A DNA stretch of 64,000 nt from Candidatus Omnitrophota bacterium (GCA_017992455.1 JAGOOP010000001.1:59723-123722), one strand, 5' to 3'; shown: positions 17,278 through 26,232, counted from the first letter of the stretch. The notes: a model not told the origin generated them from the letters alone. Numbers and translations: made by a program.

Positions 17278-17928
17278 TCAAACCGGGATCCCGATATCGG
17301 CAACCACGATCCTGCCGCACACGCGCGGGCCGGCGCCGGCCGTCATGCCGCGTTTTTTTGCCGCGAACGTCACCGTCGTATCGGCTTTCACGCAGCATCC
17401 AAGGACCTTCCCCGTTGTCGCATCGAGGCCCGAGGGAATGTCGACCGAAAGGACGCGGCAGCGCGAGCCGTTGATCACGGCGATGAGGTCTTGGTATATG
17501 CCGCGCACCTCGCCGGTCAAACCGATGCCCAGCAACGCGTCGATGATCAGGCCGCAGGAACGGACCTTGATGCACGACGCAGCTTCGGGTGATATCTCGA
17601 CGATCCGCTGTTTAAGCTTCAGTAATATATCGAGATTGGACCTTGCTTCACCGCGGACATCCGGGATCCTGCCGGCCAGCAACACCTGCGGCCGTATGCC
17701 CTGCAGGAGCAGGTGGCGCGCCGCGACAAATCCGTCACCGCCGTTGTTGCCTTTGCCGCAGAATATCGCGATCCTTGCGCGGCCGCGGTACATCCGGAGC
17801 GCCGCTTCCGCGACCTGTCTGCCGGCGTTCTCCATTAAAACAAGGGTCGATATTCCGTACGCTCGCGCAGCGCGCTCATCGAGCTTTTTGGATCGGGCCG
17901 CGGTCAAAAGGCGCGCTGATCCCCGCAT
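17278..17928 (-). CDS. NAD(P)H-hydrate epimerase (YjeF N-terminal domain only)
   Basis: 216 aa. LMENAGRQVA...FCGKGNNGGDGFVAARHL motif. Confidence 0.85.
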   Translation of the reverse strand: MRGSARLLTAARSKKLDERAARAYGISTLVLMENAGRQVAEAALRMYRGRARIAIFCGKGNNGGDGFVAARHLLLQGIRPQVLLAGRIPDVRGEARSNLDILLKLKQRIVEISPEAASCIKVRSCGLIIDALLGIGLTGEVRGIYQDLIAVINGSRCRVLSVDIPSGLDATTGKVLGCCVKADTTVTFAAKKRGMTAGAGPRVCGRIVVADIGIPV

Positions 17929-17929
17929 C

Positions 17930-18397
17930 TTATTTCGCGCCCGTGCCGCCGGCGGCCGCGGGCGTTGCGGCGGACTGCTGCCGGGCCGTATCCGGTCCCC
18001 GCTTAAAACCCGCGGCGATCTTATCCGCGATCAACTCCCTGGCATACCTGCTCGGAGAAGAGACGAGCACCTGCGTCGACGACTCGCCCTGCGGCACAAA
18101 GAACACGCCGACGGGCGTCGTATCCGATTCGCTCATATAGAACGCCAGCATCTGCTTCTGCGCATTGCGCGCGTACATATAAACCTTGCTGTCAACAAGC
18201 ACGGCTTCGACCGTTTCCCTGCATCGGGCAAGGCCGACGGGATACGACCGTTGAACGGCGCTGTCCCTGTTATCCTCGAGCACCTTCGTCGATACACCGG
18301 CAATGCCCCTGCCTGCCTCGGTCACGGCCGCGCACCCCGCGCCGGCGGCAATGGCCCACAAAACCGATAAAACCCCCCATACGATACGCTGACGCAT
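17930..18397 (-). CDS. lipoprotein, function unknown
   Basis: 155 aa. Signal peptide with lipobox AAGAGC. No recognisable domain. Confidence 0.55.
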   Translation of the reverse strand: MRQRIVWGVLSVLWAIAAGAGCAAVTEAGRGIAGVSTKVLEDNRDSAVQRSYPVGLARCRETVEAVLVDSKVYMYARNAQKQMLAFYMSESDTTPVGVFFVPQGESSTQVLVSSPSRYARELIADKIAAGFKRGPDTARQQSAATPAAAGGTGAK

Positions 18398-18406
18398 GTA
18401 TCCTCC

Positions 18407-20419
18407 TTACGCTATCAATTGTTTGATCTTATCGATATGCCTGCGCGCCTCTTCCTCGCCGCGCCCGGCAAATGCCTCTGACTTATGCAGCGCCAGCCAG
18501 TGCAGGCCTGACAGATCCGGGTGCAACACGACATCCGCCAGCTGGGCCTCTTTCTGGGCGACCTCGGACTGCATGATCTCGAAGCTCGAGAAAATAAAAT
18601 CAAGGATGTTCGTCTTGAACTGTTCCTGGATATACCGCTTGAGATTGAACCACTCCCTGCCGTGCGCGCTTGCCGTATCGCCGTTCAGATCGTCCTTGAC
18701 CGATTCGTACTGGCGCTTGATATCCTCGCGCGACGGGGTCACGTTCACGGCGATGACCCGTTTAACGCCCATTTCGACGAGCGGTTCGGTCGGCAAAGGG
18801 CTCAGGACCCCGCCGTCGAACAGCATCTGGCCTTTCATCTTGAACGGCATGAATATGCCCGGCATCGAACAGCTTGCCATGATGGCGTCGACGAGCGTGC
18901 CCCGGTCAAGCACCATGGTCTCGCGGCGTTTGACGTCGGAGGCCACGATCTTGAGCGGGATCTTGACGTCATAGAACGTCATGTTCCCGAGATACTTCTT
19001 CAGAAAACCGTAGAGCTTGTTGCCTTTGATGAACCCCTGAAGCGGAAGCGTAAAATCAAGAAGGTTCAGGATATATTGCGGCTGCCTGAATTCCCGGGTG
19101 ATGCTCAATATCTCGGCGCTCGAGCGGCCCGTTGCCCAGAGGCTTGCGATGACCGAACCGATGCTGGCCCCGGAGATCATATCGATCGGGATCTTTTCCT
19201 CTTCGAGGACTTTCAGCACGCCGATGTGGCACAGGCCGTAGGCCGCCCCGACGCCCAGGGCCAGCCCCACCAGGCAATCGCCTTCCTGGCGCGCGATCCT
19301 GCGCATCACCTTGGCGTACGGAGATAAAGGCGTATCGATGACCGCCCTGCCTGCCGCGCGCGCCTCGATATGCGGCAGGCTGGCGAACACGTCCCGGCCG
19401 AGCAGTTTCAACGTATCCTCGGAGCTGATGCGCGACTGCCGCGCCGCGTTCAGGATGATCTTGAGCTTCTGGACGGGAAAATGATATTCCTCATCGAGCG
19501 TTTTTGCGAGGATCCGGGTCGACCGCAGGTCGAGCGGCCGCGGGCTTGTCAGGATGTGGATGATATCGGCCTGGTTCAGTATATTCAACACGGCCTGCTC
19601 GCGCGTGGACGGCAGATCGATGATCACGAAATGATATTCGTTGACCAGGCGGCTGAGCATCTCGACAACGGTCCTCTGCCAGGACGGGTCATCGTGCGTA
19701 TACGTGACATATATCAGGTCTATGCCGAACTTGTCCTTGAGAATGTAGTCTTTGTACTGCGCCGTGCTGGCGATCCTGCTTGAAAGATTGAAGACCCGGT
19801 ATGATTCCCGCATGCCCAGGACACGCGGCAGACGGTGTATTTTTTCCGGAGGGCATATGTCGAGGATGATGACCCGCTTATGCGCTTCCCTGCTGATGCC
19901 GAACGCCAGATTCGACGCGTACACGGTCTTGCCCGCCTGCGGATATGAACTCAACACCGAAATGATGGTGCTCTCGAAAACAGTCTTCTGTCTGATATCC
20001 TTGTGTTTAAGGCGGCGGGAGAGCGCCCGTCCGAGCTCGATCGCAAGGCCCGGGACCTTGCGCAGAATAGCCTCAAAATCGTCGACGCTGACGGCAAGGA
20101 GGAGCGCGTCGTTGATGGCGCGCGCGGTGACCGAATGTGGTTCGCCGGTCAGGCTGGAGATGACCCCGAAATATTTCCCGCGGTGCAGATGTTCGAGCGT
20201 GGTCTGCTTACCGTAGCGGTCCTGCGTGGACACGGCGACCCTGCCGCGGATAATGCAATAAAAATAGGACGGCGCCGACCCTTCCTTATAAACGATCTGC
20301 CCTTTTCTGAATTCGAGAAACCGGGCCTTTTGCCGTACATAACGCTGCTGCTGCGCCGTAAGCCCGGAGAACAACGGGAACTCTTTCAGGATATAATCGT
20401 AATCGGTCGCGCGTTTCAT
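18407..20419 (-). CDS. cyclic-nucleotide-binding / MinD-ParA-like (degenerate P-loop) / patatin-like phospholipase three-domain protein
   Basis: 670 aa. An N-terminal CAP-type cNMP domain; a middle SIMIBI-like segment (SSYPQAGKT, FVIIDLPS); a C-terminal patatin domain (GVGAAYG, GASIGS, DGG). Confidence 0.8.
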   Translation of the reverse strand: MKRATDYDYILKEFPLFSGLTAQQQRYVRQKARFLEFRKGQIVYKEGSAPSYFYCIIRGRVAVSTQDRYGKQTTLEHLHRGKYFGVISSLTGEPHSVTARAINDALLLAVSVDDFEAILRKVPGLAIELGRALSRRLKHKDIRQKTVFESTIISVLSSYPQAGKTVYASNLAFGISREAHKRVIILDICPPEKIHRLPRVLGMRESYRVFNLSSRIASTAQYKDYILKDKFGIDLIYVTYTHDDPSWQRTVVEMLSRLVNEYHFVIIDLPSTREQAVLNILNQADIIHILTSPRPLDLRSTRILAKTLDEEYHFPVQKLKIILNAARQSRISSEDTLKLLGRDVFASLPHIEARAAGRAVIDTPLSPYAKVMRRIARQEGDCLVGLALGVGAAYGLCHIGVLKVLEEEKIPIDMISGASIGSVIASLWATGRSSAEILSITREFRQPQYILNLLDFTLPLQGFIKGNKLYGFLKKYLGNMTFYDVKIPLKIVASDVKRRETMVLDRGTLVDAIMASCSMPGIFMPFKMKGQMLFDGGVLSPLPTEPLVEMGVKRVIAVNVTPSREDIKRQYESVKDDLNGDTASAHGREWFNLKRYIQEQFKTNILDFIFSSFEIMQSEVAQKEAQLADVVLHPDLSGLHWLALHKSEAFAGRGEEEARRHIDKIKQLIA

Positions 20420-21636
20420 TCAAGCTGGTTGGTCGAACAAACCTTTGAATATTTCCGGGCGCTGTCCCGCACGGTTCGCGCTCCGGTCCGGTAATCGATG
20501 CCGATCAGGCCGAAACGGGGATCGAACCCTTTATCCCATTCAAAATTGTCCATGAACGACCAGTAGGCGTACCCGATCACCGCAATGCCGTTTTGGATCG
20601 CCGCGTGGACCCGCGACAGATGCTCGCGTATGAAATCCCATCGCACGCTGTCGTCCGGCGTGCAGATGCCGTTCTCGAGGATGAACACCGGCAGGCGGTA
20701 TCTGTTCAACATCATAAGAATATCGTATATGCCCTGCGGATATATTTCCCAGCCGAGAGAGTTCTTGGCGAGCGTATCGTCATGATGGCTGCATGCGTTG
20801 CACACCAGGTCCCGCATGGACCAGCTGTCCGCATGGACCAGGGTACGGCTGTAATAGTTGACGCCGATATAATCGAGCGTCCTGCGGCGGGCAAGGATCC
20901 CCAGGATATTATGATTGACGATCGCGTTGCGCAGCCGGACGCCGAGGCGGTCGCGGATGCTGCCGGTGCATGCCGTATAAGCGGGCATATGATGGGCAAT
21001 GCTCACTTTCGGACGCGGCAAACCCCGCTTCTCGTATATGGCATGGATCAGGCGGTAGGCGCGGACATGGCTGCGGAGAAAATTATTCCTGGCAGCAAGC
21101 GCTTTTGGCAATGAACGGACATTCGGAGGCCAGTCTCCCACAATATAGCCGTAGAACACATAGATCAGCGGCTCATTGATCGTGACCCAGTAGGTGACAC
21201 TGCCGGCCAGTTCGCTGACGATGCGGTTTACATACGCCAGGAAATGATCCGCGGCGCGGGGGCATGCCCAGCCGCCCTGTTCGGCAAACCATTGGGGGCT
21301 GGTAAAATGATGGAGGGTCACGACCGGCTCTATGGAACGCTCGCGCAGCGCAGCGATAACGTCCTTATAATGCGCGATAGCCTCCGCAGAGAACTCTCCC
21401 TGGCGCGGCTCGATGCGGCTCCATTCCACCGATAAGCGATGACAGGTATGGCCGAGGGATCCGGCAAGATCGAAATCCTCCCGGTACCGTTCGTAATGCC
21501 TGCAGGCGCCGGCGGAAGGAGCTTTGCCTCCTCCTCGCTGTTCCCAATGCCACCAATCGCTGTTTGTGTTATTGCCTTCGACCTGATGAGCGGACGTGGC
21601 AGCGCCCCACAGGAATTTATCTGGGAATCGCATCAT
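20416..21636 (-). CDS. beta-glucosidase, glycoside hydrolase family 1
   Basis: 406 aa. FLWGAATSAHQVEG, TINEP (acid/base) and ILENG (nucleophile). ATGA overlap with the downstream gene. No SD upstream. Confidence 0.9.
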   Translation of the reverse strand: MMRFPDKFLWGAATSAHQVEGNNTNSDWWHWEQRGGGKAPSAGACRHYERYREDFDLAGSLGHTCHRLSVEWSRIEPRQGEFSAEAIAHYKDVIAALRERSIEPVVTLHHFTSPQWFAEQGGWACPRAADHFLAYVNRIVSELAGSVTYWVTINEPLIYVFYGYIVGDWPPNVRSLPKALAARNNFLRSHVRAYRLIHAIYEKRGLPRPKVSIAHHMPAYTACTGSIRDRLGVRLRNAIVNHNILGILARRRTLDYIGVNYYSRTLVHADSWSMRDLVCNACSHHDDTLAKNSLGWEIYPQGIYDILMMLNRYRLPVFILENGICTPDDSVRWDFIREHLSRVHAAIQNGIAVIGYAYWSFMDNFEWDKGFDPRFGLIGIDYRTGARTVRDSARKYSKVCSTNQLE

Positions 21637-21643
21637 ATGGTGT

Positions 21644-21671
21644 ATTATACCACGACAAAAAAAAATCCCAA
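21644..21671 (-). promoter_or_regulatory. putative promoter giving a leaderless GH1 mRNA
   Basis: Minus strand: TTGGGA (21671-21666, inside the E2 terminator stem), 16 nt, TGgTATAAT (-10 at 21649-21644), 7 nt, ATG at 21636. Confidence 0.45.
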
Positions 21672-21686
21672 CATTTCTGTTGGGAT
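21656..21686 (-). terminator. intrinsic terminator of the E2 RNA
   Basis: AUCCCAAC-AGAAAU-GUUGGGAU hairpin (21686-21665) followed by about 9 U on the minus strand. Confidence 0.8.
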
Positions 21687-21936
21687 CTCTGATAGAAAAA
21701 AGCCGATAAAGGCGTACTCCACCTTCATCATACTCGGCAACCCAGCCACCATATCAACCGCGCGCGCCCCGCGGCGCCCGCACCTGCAATGCGCCGTGCG
21801 GCAGGCGGCTGACGTAGGTCTGAGGCTTTGCCCCGCACTTCAAGCATGCCAAGTCACGGGGTCCCGGAATAGTCAGTTTTCGAGTCTGCTCGGTCCGGGA
21901 CGTCCCCCGATTTCTCGAGGTTTGCCTTTATCGGCC
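21657..21936 (-). ncRNA. unclassified ~280-nt structured RNA E2 with its own promoter and terminators; the 5' half is related to the E1/E4 core
   Basis: There is no ORF. GCCGAUAAAGGC (21935-21924) pairs perfectly with 21713-21702 and is followed by U6. The interior is GC-rich with many hairpins. A promoter lies directly upstream and a terminator downstream. Confidence 0.65.
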
Positions 21937-21942
21937 ATGATA

Positions 21943-21970
21943 AGTATAGCACAGAACCGGCTTTTTTCAA
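21943..21970 (-). promoter_or_regulatory. sigma70-type promoter of the E2 RNA
   Basis: Minus strand: TTGAAA (21970-21965), 16 nt, TATACT (21948-21943). The predicted start at ~21936 coincides with the first base of the closing stem. Confidence 0.6.
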
Positions 21971-21985
21971 GGAAGCGGGAACGCG

Positions 21986-22444
21986 CTAATCCGTCAATGT
22001 TCCTGCAGGCAGCGCCTGGTTCAAATACTTGCTCAAAAGCTGCCAGGTTTTTGGCCCGACTTTGCCGTCAACGACAAGGCCGTTGGCCTTCTGGAACGCC
22101 TCGATCGCCGCTTTGGTCATCGGCCCGATCTTGCCGTCGATCGCTCCCAGATATAACCCTGCGTTTTTCAAAGCGGTCTGTATCTCGGTCGCGAGGGGCT
22201 GATACGGGCCCCCCGGCGGCAGCGCTTCCAGATCATCTTCAGCTGATTCCAGGACGCTTGCGACCGGGGTCATCGCCGCCGGCGCGGCCGCAGACTGAGC
22301 GGGCGCAGATTGGGTCGAAAGCCGGTTCAGGTCCTCCGGAGACATCGGCTGCTGCATATCCTCGAGCGGATCGGCCTTCTTCGCGCAGCCCGCAACGCAG
22401 ACAACTGCGGCCAGAACCAGTACCACCAATGCAAATCTTTTCAT
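21986..22444 (-). CDS. lipoprotein with C-terminal peptidoglycan-binding (PG_binding_1-like) domain
   Basis: Start trimmed to MKRFALVVLVLAAVVCVAGC (lipobox) with an AAGGAGA RBS. C-terminus: GAIDGKIGPMTKAAIEAFQKANGLVVDGKVGPKTW. Confidence 0.75.
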   Translation of the reverse strand: MKRFALVVLVLAAVVCVAGCAKKADPLEDMQQPMSPEDLNRLSTQSAPAQSAAAPAAMTPVASVLESAEDDLEALPPGGPYQPLATEIQTALKNAGLYLGAIDGKIGPMTKAAIEAFQKANGLVVDGKVGPKTWQLLSKYLNQALPAGTLTD

Positions 22445-22483
22445 AGCCTTTTTACTTTCTCCTTTCGTGGTGAATATGATTTT

Positions 22484-22511
22484 ATTGTAATACGCGCGTG
22501 TGAAATTGCAA
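22484..22511 (-). promoter_or_regulatory. putative sigma70-type promoter
   Basis: Minus strand: TTGCAA (22511-22506), 16 nt, TACAAT (22489-22484), about 40 nt before the ATG at 22444. Confidence 0.45.
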
Positions 22512-22527
22512 GCCAAAATTTCCCTTC

Positions 22528-22980
22528 TTACGGCCGCGACAAACGCTGGCGCACCAGATCGCTGACGAGTTTGCCGTCAGCGCGCCCGCCGGTCCTGGCG
22601 CGGACCTCTTTCATGACATTTCCCATATCCTTCATGCCCGAAGCGCCGGATGCGGCCACGACCTCTTCGATGACCCTGGATATTTCCTCGGCAGGCATCT
22701 GGGCGGGCACATAGCCTTTGAGGACCTCCATCTCTTTTGTCTCCCGCTCGGCCAGATCAAGCCTGCTGCCTGCGGTGAACTGCTCTATGGAATCCTGATG
22801 CTGTTTGATGAGCTTCTTGACGACCGCGATGCAATCGGCGTCGTCGAGTTTTTCTTTTTTCTTCTCGAGCGCCGCATACCCGAGCTGGCCGCGCAAAAAA
22901 CTGAGCGTGGAGATCTTCACGGCATCCTTCTGTTTCATCGCATCCTTGAAATCATCGAGGATCTTTTCTTCTAACGTCAT
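22528..22980 (-). CDS. GatB/YqeY domain protein
   Basis: 150 aa. Typical YqeY sequence (KDAMKQKD...LSFLRGQL...MKDMGNVMKEV). Confidence 0.85.
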   Translation of the reverse strand: MTLEEKILDDFKDAMKQKDAVKISTLSFLRGQLGYAALEKKKEKLDDADCIAVVKKLIKQHQDSIEQFTAGSRLDLAERETKEMEVLKGYVPAQMPAEEISRVIEEVVAASGASGMKDMGNVMKEVRARTGGRADGKLVSDLVRQRLSRP

Positions 22981-22989
22981 ATCCCCTCC

Positions 22990-23889
22990 CTAAAATAACA
23001 CGATCTGCCGGTACTGCGCCAAACGCATACCGAGATCTTTCATGGTCAAAAGAGACGTTTTATCAAGCCCGAACGCTTCGACATTGAACGACGCGACGAT
23101 CGTGCCGCAGGCAAGCGCCTGTTTGACGGTCCGCTGATTGATCGTGCCCGCGCGCGCGAGATACCCCATGAATCCGCCGGCAAAAGTATCTCCTGCCCCT
23201 GTCGGATCGATGACGCGGTGCGTCGGGAACGCAGGCAGGCTGAACAGATATTTATCCGAACAGAAAATGACGCCGTGCTCGCCTTTTTTGATCAATACCA
23301 TTGCGGGACCCATTGCCAGAAGCCCGCGCGCGGCCTTGAGCAGATTATTCTCTCCGGTCAGACTGCGCGCCTCCTGATCATTGGCGACATAGATCGTGAC
23401 GCGCTTGAGCATGCGCACCAGGGACCGCCGCTTGTTCTGGATCCAATAGTTCATGCTGTCAAGGGCGACCAGACGGGGATCGTCCATGCGGTCAAGAAGG
23501 GACCGCTGGATATCGGGATCGACATTGGCCAGGAATACGTTCCTGATCCGTTTCTGCGCGGCGGTGATGACCGGGCAAAATGACGACAACACGCCCAGTT
23601 CCGTTTTTCTGGTGATCGCGGTATTCAGGTCGCCCTGGTATTCGCCCGCCCAGTGGAACGTCGGGCCCTCCGCCCGCAGGAGCGAATCGAGAATAATGCC
23701 GCGGCGCTCGAGGAACCGGACGTATGCGGGAGGAAAATCGCGGCCGACGATCGCAACCAGATGCACCCGGGTGAACAACCGGCTCGACATCGAAAAATGA
23801 ACGGCGGAGCCGCCGAGCATCTTTTTACGCAGACCCGAAGGAGTCTTCACGGTGTCCAGAGCGGCAGTGCCGAGAACAAGAATCGCCAT
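22990..23889 (-). CDS. PfkB-family carbohydrate/nucleoside kinase
   Basis: 299 aa. DPTGAGDTFAGGF signature near the C-terminus. Confidence 0.8.
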   Translation of the reverse strand: MAILVLGTAALDTVKTPSGLRKKMLGGSAVHFSMSSRLFTRVHLVAIVGRDFPPAYVRFLERRGIILDSLLRAEGPTFHWAGEYQGDLNTAITRKTELGVLSSFCPVITAAQKRIRNVFLANVDPDIQRSLLDRMDDPRLVALDSMNYWIQNKRRSLVRMLKRVTIYVANDQEARSLTGENNLLKAARGLLAMGPAMVLIKKGEHGVIFCSDKYLFSLPAFPTHRVIDPTGAGDTFAGGFMGYLARAGTINQRTVKQALACGTIVASFNVEAFGLDKTSLLTMKDLGMRLAQYRQIVLF

Positions 23890-23910
23890 ACACCCCCCTT
23901 TGATGACGGA

Positions 23911-24654
23911 TTATCTCACCCAGACGAGCGTGATGACCGCCAGTGCGTAACAGTAATACGCAAAGTAGTGAAACTTCGCCTGCACCAGAACGCGTTTCAA
24001 CAGCCATAACGCGAACAGGCCGGCGCCGAAACTGCACAGGAAGCCGGCAGCCAGAGGGACCGGATCCCCGGAAAGAACAAAACCGATGTCCTTCGCCTCA
24101 AGGAAAGCTGCGCCCGCGATCGCCGGGATCGATGCGAGAAAAGAGATCGAGAACGCCTTTATTTTCTCGACGCCCAGATACAGCATCGTCGCTATGGTAA
24201 TGCCGGAACGCGATATTCCCGGGATAATGGCGATCCCCTGCGTTATGCCCAGTATCGACGCATCGCGGTTGTTCACCGCCGCGCGGGTATTGTGCATGCG
24301 CCGTTTTGTCAATAAAAGGATGGTCCCGGTAACGATCCACCCCGCAGCGACCGCTTTGACGGACGCGAATATGGACTCGAAAAGATCCTTGCCGAGCACG
24401 CCGATCACCCCCGTGATGCACGTAACGATGAAGATGAACAGGATCATCCGCCTGTTCCTCATTGCCGCGAGCATATCCCTGCGAAAAAAAACGAAGACCG
24501 CTCCCAGCGTGCCCACATGCATGACGATGGATATGGCGACGCCCTGCTCTGACAGGCCGAACAACCGCTCGAGCACCGCCAGATGGCCGCTCGACGACAC
24601 GGGAAGGAACTCGGTCAATCCCTGGACAATGCCCAGTATGATATATTCGATCAT
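23911..24654 (-). CDS. uppP: undecaprenyl-diphosphate phosphatase
   Basis: Start trimmed to MIEYIILGIVQGLTEFLPVSSSGH (ATGA overlap with the upstream stop). PGISRSG motif. Confidence 0.9.
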   Translation of the reverse strand: MIEYIILGIVQGLTEFLPVSSSGHLAVLERLFGLSEQGVAISIVMHVGTLGAVFVFFRRDMLAAMRNRRMILFIFIVTCITGVIGVLGKDLFESIFASVKAVAAGWIVTGTILLLTKRRMHNTRAAVNNRDASILGITQGIAIIPGISRSGITIATMLYLGVEKIKAFSISFLASIPAIAGAAFLEAKDIGFVLSGDPVPLAAGFLCSFGAGLFALWLLKRVLVQAKFHYFAYYCYALAVITLVWVR

Positions 24655-25283
24655 GCGTGCTCCAGAAGGAACTTTTCCATGTCGCGCGGCAGGCCGCACT
24701 GCACCTGCACCTGCCTGCCTGATGCGGGATGCGGGAACGCCAAAGACCCTGCGTGAAGACACAGCCGTTTGGCCCGCAAAGAGAAATCTTTTCGGAAGAT
24801 GAACTTCGATTCTCCGACAAGCGGATGGCCGATCGACCTGAAATGCAGCCTGATCTGGTTCTTCCGGCCTGTCTCGGGCCGGACATCGACGACCGTATAT
24901 TCGGCGCAGCGCTTGACGACCGCGAAATGCGTCACCGCGCGCTTGCCGTCGATCGCCGCGCGGATGACCCCCTGGTCCTGCGCTATCCTGCCGTGCGCAA
25001 ATGCATGGTAGACCTTACGGACCAGATGCTTCTTGAACATCCCCATCAGACGCTCCTGGACGACCCTGGACTTGGCATACATCACCAGCCCCGAGGTCTC
25101 CCGGTCAAGCCGGTGGCAGGGATACAATCGATATGTTTTGCCGTCTTTCTTCGCGTCTTCGTTAAGAATACGCGTGAGATGCCGCGCGTCCGGCTCCGGC
25201 CCTCCGGTCGTCAAAAGCCCCGGGGGCTTGTTCACCACTATCAGTTCGTCATCCTCGTACACCGTGGGGATATTCTCAAGCAT
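24651..25283 (-). CDS. RluA-family pseudouridine synthase (no S4 domain)
   Basis: 210 aa. VVNKPPGLL and HRLDRETSGLV catalytic motif. Confidence 0.85.
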   Translation of the reverse strand: MLENIPTVYEDDELIVVNKPPGLLTTGGPEPDARHLTRILNEDAKKDGKTYRLYPCHRLDRETSGLVMYAKSRVVQERLMGMFKKHLVRKVYHAFAHGRIAQDQGVIRAAIDGKRAVTHFAVVKRCAEYTVVDVRPETGRKNQIRLHFRSIGHPLVGESKFIFRKDFSLRAKRLCLHAGSLAFPHPASGRQVQVQCGLPRDMEKFLLEHA

Positions 25284-25287
25284 CGGA

Positions 25288-26193
25288 TCAGACGATCTCC
25301 AGCATGCGGTCTATCGCCCGGGCCGCGCGGACGCGGATATCCTCGCTGATGCGGACCTCGGGCCGCAATGTCTCCAGAGCAGCCAGCACTTTCTTGACGG
25401 ACCCTTTTTTCATATTCTGGCATACGGCCCGGGCCGCTGCCGGAAAGAATCTTTTCTGCGGAAAATCCTGCGCGAGGCGGTACACCATGCCGATCTCGGT
25501 GCCGATGATCATTTCAACCGCATGCGTCTTCTTGGCATACGCGGCCATCCCGCTCGTCGACAGTACCGCATCCGCCATCGCAACGACTTCAGGAAGACAT
25601 TCGGGATGCACGAGCACCTTTGCCTTCGGGTGCAGTTTTTTCTGCACAACGATATCATCCGGAAGGATCTTCATATGTGTCGGGCAGAATCCGTCCCATG
25701 TGATAAGGGCGCGGCCGGTCGTGCGGGAAACGTAATCCGCGAGATATTTATCCGGACCGAAAATGATCTCCGGCGACGTCTGATACGCCTTAACCACGGC
25801 GACCGCGTTCGACGAAGTACAGCACGCGTCGAGCTCTGCCTTGACCTCTGCGGAGGAATTCACATAGCCGATGACCGCGGCGCGGGGATGCTTCGCTTTC
25901 AGCTCACGCAGCTGCGCGGCGCTGAGCATGTTCGCCATGGGGCAGGTCGCGGTGCGGTCGGCCATCACGACGGTCGCTTCCGGGCACAGGATGGACGCGG
26001 TCTCGGCCATGAAATCGACCCCGCAGTACACGATAACCTTTGCGCGGGACCCGGCCGCGATGCGCGCCAGTTCGAGCGAATCGCCGCAAAAATCGGCGAT
26101 CTCCTGGACCTCGGGCATCTGATAATTATGGGCCAGGATGATCGCGCTGCGCCGAGCTTTCAACTCCTTTATTTTTTGAACGATCGTATCCAT
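25288..26193 (-). CDS. nadA: quinolinate synthase
   Basis: 301 aa. ILAHNYQ...EVQEIADFCGDSLELA...VDFMAETA motifs. No SD upstream. Confidence 0.9.
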   Translation of the reverse strand: MDTIVQKIKELKARRSAIILAHNYQMPEVQEIADFCGDSLELARIAAGSRAKVIVYCGVDFMAETASILCPEATVVMADRTATCPMANMLSAAQLRELKAKHPRAAVIGYVNSSAEVKAELDACCTSSNAVAVVKAYQTSPEIIFGPDKYLADYVSRTTGRALITWDGFCPTHMKILPDDIVVQKKLHPKAKVLVHPECLPEVVAMADAVLSTSGMAAYAKKTHAVEMIIGTEIGMVYRLAQDFPQKRFFPAAARAVCQNMKKGSVKKVLAALETLRPEVRISEDIRVRAARAIDRMLEIV

Positions 26194-26203
26194 AGAATAG
26201 CTG

Positions 26204-26232
26204 ATTATACCGTATTATGCCGCGCGCGGCAA
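26204..26232 (-). promoter_or_regulatory. putative promoter giving a near-leaderless nadA mRNA
   Basis: Minus strand: TTGCCG (26232-26227), 17 nt, TATAAT (26209-26204), 10 nt, ATG at 26193. Confidence 0.5.

Noticed and set aside
21896-21935. The 5' end of E2 resembles the c-di-GMP-I (GEMM-I) riboswitch. GGCAAACC-UCGA-GAAA-UCGG-GGGACG mimics GGCAAACC-stem-GAAA-stem-GGGACG, and GCAAAGCCUC occurs ~75 nt further on. Two PilZ genes are also present in the window.
   Set aside because: The conserved junction ACGCAAAGCC is not contiguous with the first hairpin. The GGC is sequestered in the 12-bp closing stem. The GGGGC-AAA-GCCUC piece aligns better with the terminal hairpin of E1/E4. The unit also ends in its own terminators before a gene that appears to have its own promoter. 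It is still worth a cmscan against RF01051.
21702-21935. E2 as a housekeeping RNA (RNase P, tmRNA, SRP RNA).
   Set aside because: No GAGGAAAGUCC-type P4 element was found. There is no tRNA-like 3' end with a TPsiC arm and CCA, and no GGAA-tetraloop / AGCAGC helix-8 motif. 6S RNA has little sequence conservation and could not be excluded by eye.
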